A stretch of 38,407 nucleotides of DNA, taken from positions 1-38,407 of IMG/VR virus record IMGVR_UViG_3300031578_000150, one strand, 5' to 3'. Positions within the stretch are counted from its first letter, which is position 1, and every line of letters begins with the position of its first letter. Made by a program: the position numbers and the translations under genes. Positions 7,644 through 16,367 of this stretch are shown here, piece after piece. The stretch comes from a virus. Its lineage: Duplodnaviria > Caudoviricetes. The notes beneath the pieces are model-generated. The model was given only the letters and a program-made list of their open reading frames with translations, was not told where the DNA came from and did no database searches.

Positions 7644-8003
7644 ATGGGCAAGCTCCACCAGCTCCGCAAGGCAATCGAGGCCGACCCCTATGCGTTCTAT
7701 ACGGGCGATGAGGGTGTGCCGAGACCTTGCGATGAAGCCTACGGGGCGGTGTGCAAAAAGGGGAAGTGGCAGCCGGCAGGATGGCCGATGTCTTGTCGAA
7801 AAAGCTACGAGGGCTTTGTGCGTCATGTCCTCATCGAATTGGGTTACATGATGCCAAGGCGGTCGGCCAAGCGGCTTTTGCAGAAAAGGGCGAGGCGCGC
7901 AAGACGCGAGGAGCTTGAGGCCATAAGAAGGCCGCCGCCATTATTTAGTTCAGACCCGATAAGGGGGGCGTTTTTAAGACGGCGTAGCAAAAAGGAGATG
8001 TAA
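7644..8003 (+). CDS. Hypothetical protein, Arg-rich C-terminus
   Basis: 119-aa ORF directly after the tmRNA; its stop abuts the next ATG. Confidence 0.6.
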   Translation: MGKLHQLRKAIEADPYAFYTGDEGVPRPCDEAYGAVCKKGKWQPAGWPMSCRKSYEGFVRHVLIELGYMMPRRSAKRLLQKRARRARREELEAIRRPPPLFSSDPIRGAFLRRRSKKEM

Positions 8004-8186
8004 ATGCTAGTAGACTTGGAGCTTAGAGGTTACAAATGTGCCATCCAAATCCCCGATGTGTGTCCTAAATGTGGGCATAAAAGCCTTCTCATTGAAGATA
8101 AAATCCATAAAGGACAAGTTTGCGGAAAAGTAATAACATGCAAAGACTGTGATTTTATTAGGGTGAGTGGTCTGGTCGTTTTTTAG
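8004..8186 (+). CDS. Small AT-rich zinc-ribbon protein
   Basis: CPKCG...CKDC; RBS AAGGAG. Confidence 0.7.
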   Translation: MLVDLELRGYKCAIQIPDVCPKCGHKSLLIEDKIHKGQVCGKVITCKDCDFIRVSGLVVF

Positions 8187-8227
8187 GAGAGACGGCGTAG
8201 CAAAACCTGAATGCGCGGGAGGGAACC

Positions 8228-8572
8228 GTGACGGGCATACAAATGTATCAGCCGGGTAGCGATGATTTATTCCCAATCATTACGAACTTTAGGACGAGAG
8301 AAGACGGTAGCGCAGTAATTCCCGATGGGATGTTGCTCGTCCAGTATGCTGGGGCTCGTGGCCTTGTCCATGAGCAATCGTGTAGGGCATGGATGAAACG
8401 CAATCCCGAGCGGGCGAACGAAGTGGAAATTCTAAAGGGGTTTGCTTATTTGCTGGACGTGAACGCGATGGAAGCTGAAAGACGAAATCAAATAGCTCTT
8501 GCGAATAGATTTGCGACTCGTTTCAAGCGGTGGATTAAGAGTCTGTTTTTAGGACGGCGTAGCAAAACCTGA
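8228..8572 (+). CDS. Hypothetical protein
   Basis: RBS GGGAGGG before GTG; the stop lies within the third repeat copy. Confidence 0.65.
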   Translation: MTGIQMYQPGSDDLFPIITNFRTREDGSAVIPDGMLLVQYAGARGLVHEQSCRAWMKRNPERANEVEILKGFAYLLDVNAMEAERRNQIALANRFATRFKRWIKSLFLGRRSKT

Positions 8573-8723
8573 ACCGGTCGAAGCTGACGCGCGCATCGGC
8601 AGTGGGGCCGGGATAAAGGCAACGCGATAGACAGCGGCGAGCCTCCAGAACTCGCCATGCCGGGTGGCTCCGGCTGAATGCAGGTGCGACACCTGCCGCC
8701 GTAACCAAACTTTAGGAGGAAAG

Positions 8724-8903
8724 ATGCCCGAGATGACGACGGCCACACTGATTAAGGCACTCCAGGAGAAGGACCCGACGGGGGACCACATCGTTTTCGT
8801 GGACGCCGAACACGGAGACGGCACCGACATCGAGGTCATGGATGCCGAGGAATACGGCGGCGACGTGGAAGACAATAACATCATCATCTTCGTGAACGGC
8901 TAG
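8724..8903 (+). CDS. Small acidic hypothetical phage protein
   Basis: RBS AGGAGG before ATG at 8724; MTxxxLIxxLQxxDP start is common in small phage proteins. Confidence 0.75.
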   Translation: MPEMTTATLIKALQEKDPTGDHIVFVDAEHGDGTDIEVMDAEEYGGDVEDNNIIIFVNG

Positions 8904-8998
8904 GTTCTCATGGCGGCCAGTCCGTAGGGATACAAAACCTCCGGTCTGGGTTTAGGGGCGGGCTGGCCGTCGCCCATTAAAAACGGAAGAGAGGAAAG

Positions 8999-9250
8999 AT
9001 GCCAGAAGTCGCAGGTAGTGAAAAGAGGGTCGAAGGCGTGCTTCTTGAGTCGGCGAAGATTGAAGATGCTCGAATCGTAAGAAGCACTTCCTTTTACCAC
9101 AAAAAGACAGGCGAACTGCAACTCGAAGTCGTACTAGATACCTGGCACAAAACGTTGACTTTTACCATACCGAACAACGACGGGAGCCGGTCCTGCGCGC
9201 AACTGTCTTTGGATGAGACGAGCCGCCTTATGGGCAGCATCTTTCTTTAG
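8999..9250 (+). CDS. Hypothetical protein
   Basis: RBS GAGGA; 83 aa. Confidence 0.65.
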   Translation: MPEVAGSEKRVEGVLLESAKIEDARIVRSTSFYHKKTGELQLEVVLDTWHKTLTFTIPNNDGSRSCAQLSLDETSRLMGSIFL

Positions 9251-9313
9251 GCGGTAAGCAAGGCTGGATGCCGAAGGCACCTGCTACCGCATGGAGAGCT
9301 TCGGCCGCCTAAT

Positions 9314-9338
9314 AAAAGCCCCATTCCGGGGCTTTTTT
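9314..9338 (+). terminator. Rho-independent terminator (possibly bidirectional)
   Basis: AAAAGCCCC-ATTCC-GGGGCTTTTTT. Confidence 0.85.
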
Positions 9339-9351
9339 GATACCGCGCCCT

Positions 9352-9386
9352 AATTAAATTGACAGATTTTCGATTTCCGTTAAACT
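9352..9386 (+). promoter_or_regulatory. Conserved 35-bp promoter, copy 1 (portal operon)
   Basis: AATTAAATTGACAGATTTTCGATTTCCGTTAAACT contains TTGACA-16 nt-TAAACT; identical to 24966-25000. Confidence 0.85.
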
Positions 9387-9393
9387 CGAACGC

Positions 9394-9654
9394 ATGGATG
9401 GTGCCGAAGAGCCAAGGGCAAAAAGATGGGACTACTATACGCTGGTGCGTTGTCCCGAGTGCGGTTCCGCCCTTACTGAGTTAGTCGCAGGGGCGGTTCG
9501 TTGTCTATGCCGGCGGTGCAACGCCCGGTACAAAGTGGTTCTCGTTAAAGACGGGGACTACTTACCCAGGCACCTCAAAGAGCAGATGGAAGCCGAGCTT
9601 CGGGATGCCCCGGGGGAAGGTGAGCGCGAGCAGGACGCGGCCGAACCAGCGTAA
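9394..9654 (+). CDS. Com-like zinc-ribbon protein
   Basis: VRCPECGSAL...VRCLCRRCN resembles the Mu Com-family spacing; first gene after the promoter. Confidence 0.6.
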   Translation: MDGAEEPRAKRWDYYTLVRCPECGSALTELVAGAVRCLCRRCNARYKVVLVKDGDYLPRHLKEQMEAELRDAPGEGEREQDAAEPA

Positions 9655-9725
9655 ACTTTAGACGTTGGGATGGCCCGGGCGATTGTGCTTATCCGGCGTG
9701 TCAGACGCCGTAACAGAGGGCGAGC

Positions 9726-11603
9726 ATGGGCATCATCAAGAAGGTTCTTGACGACGCTTTAGGTTATGTAGACGCGATTCTGGGACGCACTAACCTAAGA
9801 GACAGGGTATCCGAGACGGCGAGCAAGCCCGCGCCGTCCACCTACGAAGAAAAGATTCAGGAGGCGTTGGAGGCCGGCGACCTACAGTCTGCGGGCCTTT
9901 TGCAACTCGCCCATGAAATCTACTCCCCGCTGGGCGGTGTCGGGGACGTATTTTCAAATACGGCCCGCGAGGATACCGAACTTGTCAAGTCTCTCTACGG
10001 TGACACGCCGGGCCACGGTGAAATCTACCTGCCCGACAACGTGGGGAGCTACCAGGGCCTCCGCTGGTATGGCCAGGAGCGCAAATACAAACTTCTCCGC
10101 TCCGCCGCCCGCCGCGACCCCATCATGTCGTCCATTCTGCAACTGCGGACCGACCAGATAAGCCGGTTCGCCCGCCGCCCCAAGGACAAGGCCGACAACT
10201 CGCAGAAGGGCCTCGTCGTTCGCAAAGAGGACAAGGACGCCCAAGAAGAGGACCGGTTCGCCGACCTGCTTCTGGACTTCCTGCTGGGGCTGGGCGACAT
10301 CGAGAACCCCTACGACGAAGACCTCGGCACAGTCCTGGAGATGGCGACACGCGACCTCATCACGCTCGATAAAATTACGGTTGAACTCATGCAATCCCGT
10401 GGCAAGGGACCGCGAGGCGTCAAATACCTCGACCCGGCCACGATTTTTTACTACGAGAAAGACTCGCCCGAGTTCAGCCAGGGATACCGATTCTGTCAAG
10501 TGCTTTGGGAGGGCCGGGGAAGGGTAAGCCCGACGCAATGGCCGAAGTTCCGTGGGGACGAACTGGTCGCTGGGGTATCGAACCCCATCTCGGACATCAT
10601 GCGCCGTGGGGAAGGCATCTCGGTCGTCGAAATGCTCTCTTCGGTCATGGCGACCATGATACGTGGCCTGAACTACAATAGCCGCGCCTTCACCGAGGGG
10701 AGCGTGCCGCCCGGCATACTAAACCTATCAGGCAATTACTCAAACCAAGTGCTCCGCCAGTTCGTCAACCGCATCAAAGCTAATGCGGCCGGTCAGAACT
10801 TCAAAATCCCCGTTATCTCCACGAAGGAAGGTACGGCCCAGTTTATTCCATTCGGCCAGACGAACAAGGACCTGGAATACAACCAGCTCCTCCAACTCCT
10901 CATCACGATTGAGTGCAGTGCCGCCCAGGTGGACCCCTCCGAGATAGGCTTCTCGGTCCAGTATGGGGGGTCTGCATCGGTCTTCGGGCGCCAGAATGAG
11001 CAGACGCGCATCGAGGAGGGCAAGGACCGGGGCCTGAGTGGCCTGCTGGAGTTCCTGGCGAAGTGGCTTACCCGGGTAATCCACAAGTTCCCCAAGGGGA
11101 AGGATTACATCGCCGAGTTCACCGGGCATACCTCGCAGGACACGGAAAAAGAGGCGCAGATACAGGCCGCGCTTCTCCAGGCGGGGATATCCCTGCCCTA
11201 CGAGTCACGGAAGGCGATGGGTCTGCCGCCTATCCCCGAACTGCCGGAAGAGGCCGAAGAGGAATACGACCCATCGTGGGTGTTCGCGCCGGTCAACGCA
11301 GGCTCGCAACAGATTTGGATGCAGGCCAACATGGAGGAAGAGGGCGGCATGGGGGGTGCCGGCGTTCCGACCGGGGACGAGGAGTACGACTCCATGATGG
11401 CCCAGGCGCTCGGCGGCCAAGGGCAGCAACCAGAGCAGGGTCAACTACCACCCGGTCAGGGACAACAGTTGGCTCTACCGCCCGGCCAAGGCGGCGCACC
11501 TCCAGGGCAGCCGGGACAACCACCGGTACAGGTCCAGAAGGCGGTCGGTGAAGGCGGCCGGACTCTCAAAGTTTACGAAATCACGTTACCGGATGGTGAT
11601 TAA
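9726..11603 (+). CDS. Portal protein (SPO1/Twort-like) with Gln/Gly/Pro-rich C-terminal tail
   Basis: YLDPATI, GEGISVVE, YNSRAFTEGSVPPGIL, KDLEYNQLL, DPSEIGF and KDRGLSGLL motifs; position in the head module. Confidence 0.93.
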   Translation: MGIIKKVLDDALGYVDAILGRTNLRDRVSETASKPAPSTYEEKIQEALEAGDLQSAGLLQLAHEIYSPLGGVGDVFSNTAREDTELVKSLYGDTPGHGEIYLPDNVGSYQGLRWYGQERKYKLLRSAARRDPIMSSILQLRTDQISRFARRPKDKADNSQKGLVVRKEDKDAQEEDRFADLLLDFLLGLGDIENPYDEDLGTVLEMATRDLITLDKITVELMQSRGKGPRGVKYLDPATIFYYEKDSPEFSQGYRFCQVLWEGRGRVSPTQWPKFRGDELVAGVSNPISDIMRRGEGISVVEMLSSVMATMIRGLNYNSRAFTEGSVPPGILNLSGNYSNQVLRQFVNRIKANAAGQNFKIPVISTKEGTAQFIPFGQTNKDLEYNQLLQLLITIECSAAQVDPSEIGFSVQYGGSASVFGRQNEQTRIEEGKDRGLSGLLEFLAKWLTRVIHKFPKGKDYIAEFTGHTSQDTEKEAQIQAALLQAGISLPYESRKAMGLPPIPELPEEAEEEYDPSWVFAPVNAGSQQIWMQANMEEEGGMGGAGVPTGDEEYDSMMAQALGGQGQQPEQGQLPPGQGQQLALPPGQGGAPPGQPGQPPVQVQKAVGEGGRTLKVYEITLPDGD

Positions 11604-11723
11604 ATGACGACCATCCATGATGTCGTCGAACTCGACAGCCCGATAACGACTTCGATTGAACTGGAATCGCCGATAACGACCAGCATTGAGCTGGTCTCGG
11701 CGATTGACTTGGAGAACTCCTAA
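11604..11723 (+). CDS. 39-aa acidic repeat peptide MTTIHDVVELDSPITTSIELESPITTSIELVSAIDLENS (absent from the ORF track)
   Basis: ATG directly follows the portal TAA; its TAA overlaps the next ATG. The 30-bp repeats vary largely at third codon positions. Confidence 0.7.
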   Translation: MTTIHDVVELDSPITTSIELESPITTSIELVSAIDLENS

Positions 11724-12016
11724 TGTCCACGCCAGCGCGCGTCCATGTTGGAGACACGAAAACCGAGATAATCTTGGATTGTGGTACGGATGTCAGCAGC
11801 CTCACCTCGGCCAAGATTCTGTACCAGAAACCGAACGGTGTGACCGGTTCCTGGACGGCGACGAAAAAGACCGGGGCGCCGACCAAGATTCATTACATCA
11901 CGGGAGCGAGCGACCTTGATGTGGCCGGCGTCTGGATTCTGCAAGCCTACGTCGTGATGCCCGCCTGGAGCGGCCACGGCGAAGAGGTCACGATGCGGGT
12001 TTACTCTACCCAATAA
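11723..12016 (+). CDS. Small Ig-like virion protein (BppU N-terminal-like)
   Basis: VGDT...D.S.......Y.KP.G....W.A......I.Y.T...DLD.AG.W.LQ pattern. Confidence 0.65.
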   Translation: MSTPARVHVGDTKTEIILDCGTDVSSLTSAKILYQKPNGVTGSWTATKKTGAPTKIHYITGASDLDVAGVWILQAYVVMPAWSGHGEEVTMRVYSTQ

Positions 12017-12026
12017 GGGGGAAGAG

Positions 12027-12692
12027 ATGCCATTAAGAGATAAGACGGGGCCTGGCGGAGCCGGCCCAAAAACCGGAATGGGCGCCGGTGGGTGCTCACC
12101 GGAAGAGGATGAGGTCGAAAAGAGCCTTGCCATCAAAAAGCTCTACCGGGACGCGGGCTTCACGCCGCCGAAGGGGAAGGGTATCCACACGGAGAAGTTC
12201 CACCGCTGCGTCGTGGACGTGAAAAAGAAAATCCGCGATGGGAAGATGGGGGAGGGTTCAGACCCCTACGCCATCTGTATGAACAGCCTCGGGGCGGCGG
12301 GCGCGGTCAAGCCCGAGCACCAGCGGAGCAAGGTGGCGAAGGCTCTGGTCGCGGATTCCATGACAGTCCGTGGGCGCCGGTCGGTACGGCAATCGAGAAT
12401 TGACATGCTCTTGGCAGGACTAGCAGAACGGATGAAGACCCTCCGGGATGAGCGGGACTACTACATCGCGGAGATTTACGGATACGCCGATGCCATGAAG
12501 CGCGGCGACTGGCAGAACAAGTACGCGCTCAAGCTCATCGAACACGCGAACGAACTGGCGACCATCCTTGACGAGATGGCGACCAACGAGGCCCGGCAGA
12601 CCGAACTCCGGGCGGAGCTTCAGTTGCAGTCGTTGAGAGATAAAGTTTCACCACCTACCATCGGCGAGGTCGAGGCCAAGGAAGGGCCATAG
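12027..12692 (+). CDS. Modular hypothetical protein: DUF5320-like N-terminal motif, Cys-pair domain, coiled coil
   Basis: MPLRDKTGPGGAGPKTGMGAGGC; KFHRCV...DPYAIC; segments are separated by VEKS and VAKA. Confidence 0.75.
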   Translation: MPLRDKTGPGGAGPKTGMGAGGCSPEEDEVEKSLAIKKLYRDAGFTPPKGKGIHTEKFHRCVVDVKKKIRDGKMGEGSDPYAICMNSLGAAGAVKPEHQRSKVAKALVADSMTVRGRRSVRQSRIDMLLAGLAERMKTLRDERDYYIAEIYGYADAMKRGDWQNKYALKLIEHANELATILDEMATNEARQTELRAELQLQSLRDKVSPPTIGEVEAKEGP

Positions 12693-12731
12693 GCGAAGCC
12701 GGCGACCCTTGGGAGCCAAAAGGAGGGTTCA

Positions 12732-13127
12732 ATGCCTCAAGAACGAGTAAGGGCACACCGTCGTCGAACGTCCGGCGGGAAAGTCTCGCAGGTAAAGGAA
12801 CACGCAAGGCGAGGGCGGCCAAAGAAAAATGAAGGCATCGCTGCCCGTCAGTCGGTGGGCGCTTTACTAAGCGCCCGTTACCCTACCACCTATGATGAAC
12901 ACAACGGGAAATGGTACGTGGGGGGGACCGTACCTTTTACGGCCCGTTTCCTTTACGACGGACAGTTAATTACTGACGAGAACATTGAAGAGGCGGCCAA
13001 GCGATACGCTTACGAGCGCACGGGGCAACCTGGCATGAAACGGCGCATAACCCCAAGACCCTATAAAACAAAAGCGGAGGCCCAAGCGACTGTTGCCACC
13101 GCCTACGAAGAGGCGGAAAGGGGATAA
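12732..13127 (+). CDS. Putative head-cargo protein 1 with N-terminal basic tag
   Basis: RBS AAGGAGG; starts MPQERVRAHRRRTSGGKVSQVKEHARR. Confidence 0.8.
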   Translation: MPQERVRAHRRRTSGGKVSQVKEHARRGRPKKNEGIAARQSVGALLSARYPTTYDEHNGKWYVGGTVPFTARFLYDGQLITDENIEEAAKRYAYERTGQPGMKRRITPRPYKTKAEAQATVATAYEEAERG

Positions 13128-13129
13128 GA

Positions 13130-13588
13130 ATGCCACGGGGACGAGTACGGTCACACACACGCCGGACGGCCAAGGGTAAGGTCTCCAGCGTGCGCGAGCA
13201 TGGGCGGAAGGTAAAGCCGGAACAGGCAGGAAGACCGACAACCCCAAAAGCGCGCGGAAACATCGAGGATGAGACGATGGTTCTTCCATACGCCTGCGCC
13301 GATGGTGTTCTCCACGAGGTCGAGGTTTATCTGCAAAAAAAGGGCTTAGGGGACAAGTTCGGGAAGAAGCTCCAAGAGGAATTGGGGGCATATCTTGAAG
13401 ACCACGCCCAACGTAGCTACAAATCCGAATCCAACACGCGATGGGCGAAGGAATTAAAAGGGGAAAGCGGTCCGGCAATCCTTCGCCAGTTCATGCGGCA
13501 TTGGCTTTCTGGTGAGCTTGGTCGAAAGCACCCGGAAATCCTACGGGCTCTCCCCGAGGGATTCAAGAACGGCGAGTCCATACTTTAG
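13130..13588 (+). CDS. Putative head-cargo protein 2 with N-terminal basic tag
   Basis: Starts MPRGRVRSHTRRTAKGKVSSVREHGRK. Confidence 0.8.
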   Translation: MPRGRVRSHTRRTAKGKVSSVREHGRKVKPEQAGRPTTPKARGNIEDETMVLPYACADGVLHEVEVYLQKKGLGDKFGKKLQEELGAYLEDHAQRSYKSESNTRWAKELKGESGPAILRQFMRHWLSGELGRKHPEILRALPEGFKNGESIL

Positions 13589-13594
13589 GAGCCC

Positions 13595-14368
13595 ATGCCT
13601 GACGACTCGAAAGCCGCGATTGCCAAGGAATACGGCGCGACCTCTTTAGAGGCGATGCTGCACGATGGGCGGACGCCTTACCTCCACATGGAGCGCCAGG
13701 TTCCGCTCGAATCACCCATCAGTATCCGCCAGTTCCGGCGGGAGTGGTTCGCGGCAGTTAAGCTACTTCTGGGAAAGAGCCTTAAACCGCAAGACCTGGG
13801 CGTTGATGCTACCGGGGCTCGGTCATATTGGGCGAGGGTTGAGAGCGGAATTACAAACCTTGATGAAAGAAAATGGGGATACCGTCTCAAAGTTTCAAGG
13901 CTTGCTCTGCTTGCCCCAGCCGTAAATCGAATTGAGATAATTGCTCACGAAGCGGCTCACCTGCTTGATTATTACAACAAATATGTAAGCAAGGGCAAGC
14001 TCCCTAGCCGTGGGGACATTATAATTTCTGCGAGGTTTGATTTTATTGACCACGGCGATGACTGGCAGGCCATTTACAAGCGATTCTACAAAAAGCTGAA
14101 AGCCGCCCACATCGTCGAGGCCGATTCCGACTACGAAAAACACGCCGCACTACTTCTGGAGAAACGCCGCCAAGCCTGGGCCGACCCGGAATGGCAGGAT
14201 GGTTACAAGGCCAGAATCAAGGACGGTCATGCGAGGGCGGCGAAGAAGAGGCACCCGGCCAAGGCTAAACCGACATCCACTGGCCGGGTGAAAGCACACC
14301 ACCGGCGGACGGAAAAGGGGAAGTCGGTCGCGGTCCACGGATACCGGCGCAAACCACGGAGGGATTAG
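13595..14368 (+). CDS. SprT-like zincin metallopeptidase with C-terminal basic tag (cargo 3)
   Basis: IIAHEAAHL (HExxH) and downstream HGDDW; ends GRVKAHHRRTEKGKSVAVHGYRRKPRRD. Confidence 0.8.
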   Translation: MPDDSKAAIAKEYGATSLEAMLHDGRTPYLHMERQVPLESPISIRQFRREWFAAVKLLLGKSLKPQDLGVDATGARSYWARVESGITNLDERKWGYRLKVSRLALLAPAVNRIEIIAHEAAHLLDYYNKYVSKGKLPSRGDIIISARFDFIDHGDDWQAIYKRFYKKLKAAHIVEADSDYEKHAALLLEKRRQAWADPEWQDGYKARIKDGHARAAKKRHPAKAKPTSTGRVKAHHRRTEKGKSVAVHGYRRKPRRD

Positions 14369-14369
14369 G

Positions 14370-14855
14370 ATGGGAACCACACGGCGTAAAGCCCACGTCC
14401 GCCGGACGAAGGGTGGGAAGGTCGAGCAAGTCAGGGAACACCAACTACGTTTTCAGGAAAAGATAAAGGGTGGGACTGCGGGTGGCCGCAACTTGTCGCT
14501 GAATGAGGCCGGAGTTGACCAGATGAGGGGGACTATGGAAACCTTTGCGCGCTTACGAACCATTAACAATGACCACGCAATCATGGCCGCCCTACTCAAT
14601 AAGCACCAAGCGTGGGCCGAGTTTTTTACCGCATTTGGTGGGTTCCAAAGTCTTAGTGGCCTTAAAGACTCATGTGCGGCCCCCCTCTGCCCGTTCAAGG
14701 GGGGCGTTTACAAGCGGACACTCGCTGAACCCCCATCAGCCGAGCGGACCGCCATTCTTGCAGAACTAATTTTCAACGCTTATATGGCCCGACTCGTAAT
14801 TGGCTGGATGGGTTGGACAGACATCCCCGACTGTGGCGTCATCCCAAACAAATAA
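14370..14855 (+). CDS. Putative head-cargo protein 4 with N-terminal basic tag
   Basis: Starts MGTTRRKAHVRRTKGGKVEQVREHQLR. Confidence 0.8.
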   Translation: MGTTRRKAHVRRTKGGKVEQVREHQLRFQEKIKGGTAGGRNLSLNEAGVDQMRGTMETFARLRTINNDHAIMAALLNKHQAWAEFFTAFGGFQSLSGLKDSCAAPLCPFKGGVYKRTLAEPPSAERTAILAELIFNAYMARLVIGWMGWTDIPDCGVIPNK

Positions 14856-16030
14856 TGAAGCTCCAAATCACAGCACCGCCCGAGGTTGAACGCGCCGCGT
14901 TGAGCGCCGCGTTGGTCGAGGCCGCCGAACTTTTGGATGCGGAGGCTTTCCAGAAGGCCCTTGACGGCGAGACCGGCCAGCGCGAGAGCAACATCTGGCT
15001 GCCGAACCCCGAACCGCTCATCTCATTCTGCGAGGAGACTTGGTACAACGAGGTCAACGGATGGCTGGAGCGCATCTTCGAGGAGGCGAGCCAGATGCTC
15101 CTCGGAGAACCGCTGCGGCTGCAAAAGGCGATTGACGAATCCTACCTGGAAAGTTTGGAAAAGCTCATCGCCTTCCACTTCGGCAAGGCGAAGCGGAGCG
15201 CGGAGGCGGCGGTCGTCCGGGCGCACATCTCCGGCCTGTTCCGCGCGGCTGAGGGAGAGGAAAAGGGTGCCGTCCCGGACTTCGGCAAGCCGACCTCGTG
15301 GCCCGAGACCGTTCAGGAACTCGCTCGCATCATCCGTAAAAAGGACACCTGGCATGGGAAGGAAAGTTTCAGTCGGCTCCAGGTCGCGGCCGACCTCGCC
15401 GCCGACGAAATCACTGGCATCAGTGAGGACGCCCGGGCGGGGATGCGAAAACTTATCTACCAGGCCGAATTGAATCAGTGGGGGCCGAACCTTCTGGAAC
15501 GGGAGCTTTACCACAACTTCGGGGCCTTGCAGCGGGATTGGCGACGCATCGCACTCACCGAAACGGCCATGAATAGCAATAATGCGTATCTTCTTCGGGT
15601 CGGTGAAGGCGGATACGTGACATGCCCCCAAGTCGCCGGCGCCTGCCGCTGGTGCGCGGCGAACCTCGAACACAAGGTCTTCCGGGTCGTGACCGACGCG
15701 ATGGCCGACGACCACATCGAGGGCGACCATTACGCGGAGCGGGCCGTCTGGGTCGGCAAGACGAACGTGGGGCGCTACCTCTCGGCTCGGGAGCGGGGCG
15801 GCCGAATGAGAGAAGCGGATGAACTGTGGTGGCCGTGTTGCCCTGGGCACCCGCACTGCCGGCACGTATTCATTAAACACAACCCCATGTACGGGCCGCC
15901 CGGGCCGAGGCTGCCGATGAGCGAGGCCGAGATTATGGCATCCCCGAACAAGCCGAGTTGGCTGATTGGAATTGACGTAACGCCGGATTCCGAACGCGGG
16001 GCCGAGAGCCCGCAGACCGTAGGGGTTTAA
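14855..16030 (+). CDS. Minor head / head morphogenesis protein (SPP1 gp7 / Mu gpF-like)
   Basis: ATG in a TAATG overlap; RDWRRIALTET, ACRWC and GHPHCR motifs. Confidence 0.85.
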   Translation: MKLQITAPPEVERAALSAALVEAAELLDAEAFQKALDGETGQRESNIWLPNPEPLISFCEETWYNEVNGWLERIFEEASQMLLGEPLRLQKAIDESYLESLEKLIAFHFGKAKRSAEAAVVRAHISGLFRAAEGEEKGAVPDFGKPTSWPETVQELARIIRKKDTWHGKESFSRLQVAADLAADEITGISEDARAGMRKLIYQAELNQWGPNLLERELYHNFGALQRDWRRIALTETAMNSNNAYLLRVGEGGYVTCPQVAGACRWCAANLEHKVFRVVTDAMADDHIEGDHYAERAVWVGKTNVGRYLSARERGGRMREADELWWPCCPGHPHCRHVFIKHNPMYGPPGPRLPMSEAEIMASPNKPSWLIGIDVTPDSERGAESPQTVGV

Positions 16031-16031
16031 G

Positions 16032-16367
16032 ATGGGAACCACGAGGCGTCGGTCTCACGTCCGCCGGACCAAGACCGGTAAAATCGAACGTGTCCGGGAG
16101 CATCAACTAAATACGGGAGATAAAGAACCTTATCAGATGACGCGAAAAGAGTATGAAAACGCATTCGGAACAACGAGGACAAATGTAACAGTTACTGGCG
16201 GTTTTTCTCGCCATAAAGAGCAAGTAATGGAAGCTCTAAACAGAGGATTAACGGTTCCAGATAGAGTATTAAACGACTACCCGGAACTAAAAGAGTATGC
16301 TGAGAAATTAAAAATAAGGAATGAAGCGATTGCAAAATACCGAAATAAGCAGAGGATGAGCCGATGA
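16032..16367 (+). CDS. Putative head-cargo protein 5 with N-terminal basic tag
   Basis: Starts MGTTRRRSHVRRTKTGKIERVREHQLN; AT-rich payload PYQMTRKEY...HKEQVMEALNRGLTVPDRVLNDYPEL. Confidence 0.8.
   Translation: MGTTRRRSHVRRTKTGKIERVREHQLNTGDKEPYQMTRKEYENAFGTTRTNVTVTGGFSRHKEQVMEALNRGLTVPDRVLNDYPELKEYAEKLKIRNEAIAKYRNKQRMSR

Larger units (their letters stand above)
7978..8573 (+). repeat. Three dispersed direct repeats GACGGCGTAGCAAAA(CCTGAA) at gene ends
   Basis: Copies at 7978-7992, 8191-8211 and 8553-8573, each preceded by TTTTTA within a few nt. A degenerate copy (12/16) lies at 8695-8710. Confidence 0.9.

Noticed and set aside
7978-8573. CRISPR array or integron attC sites
   Set aside because: Repeats are only 15-21 bp, spacing is irregular and gene-sized, there is no palindromic attC structure, and no cas or integrase gene is present.
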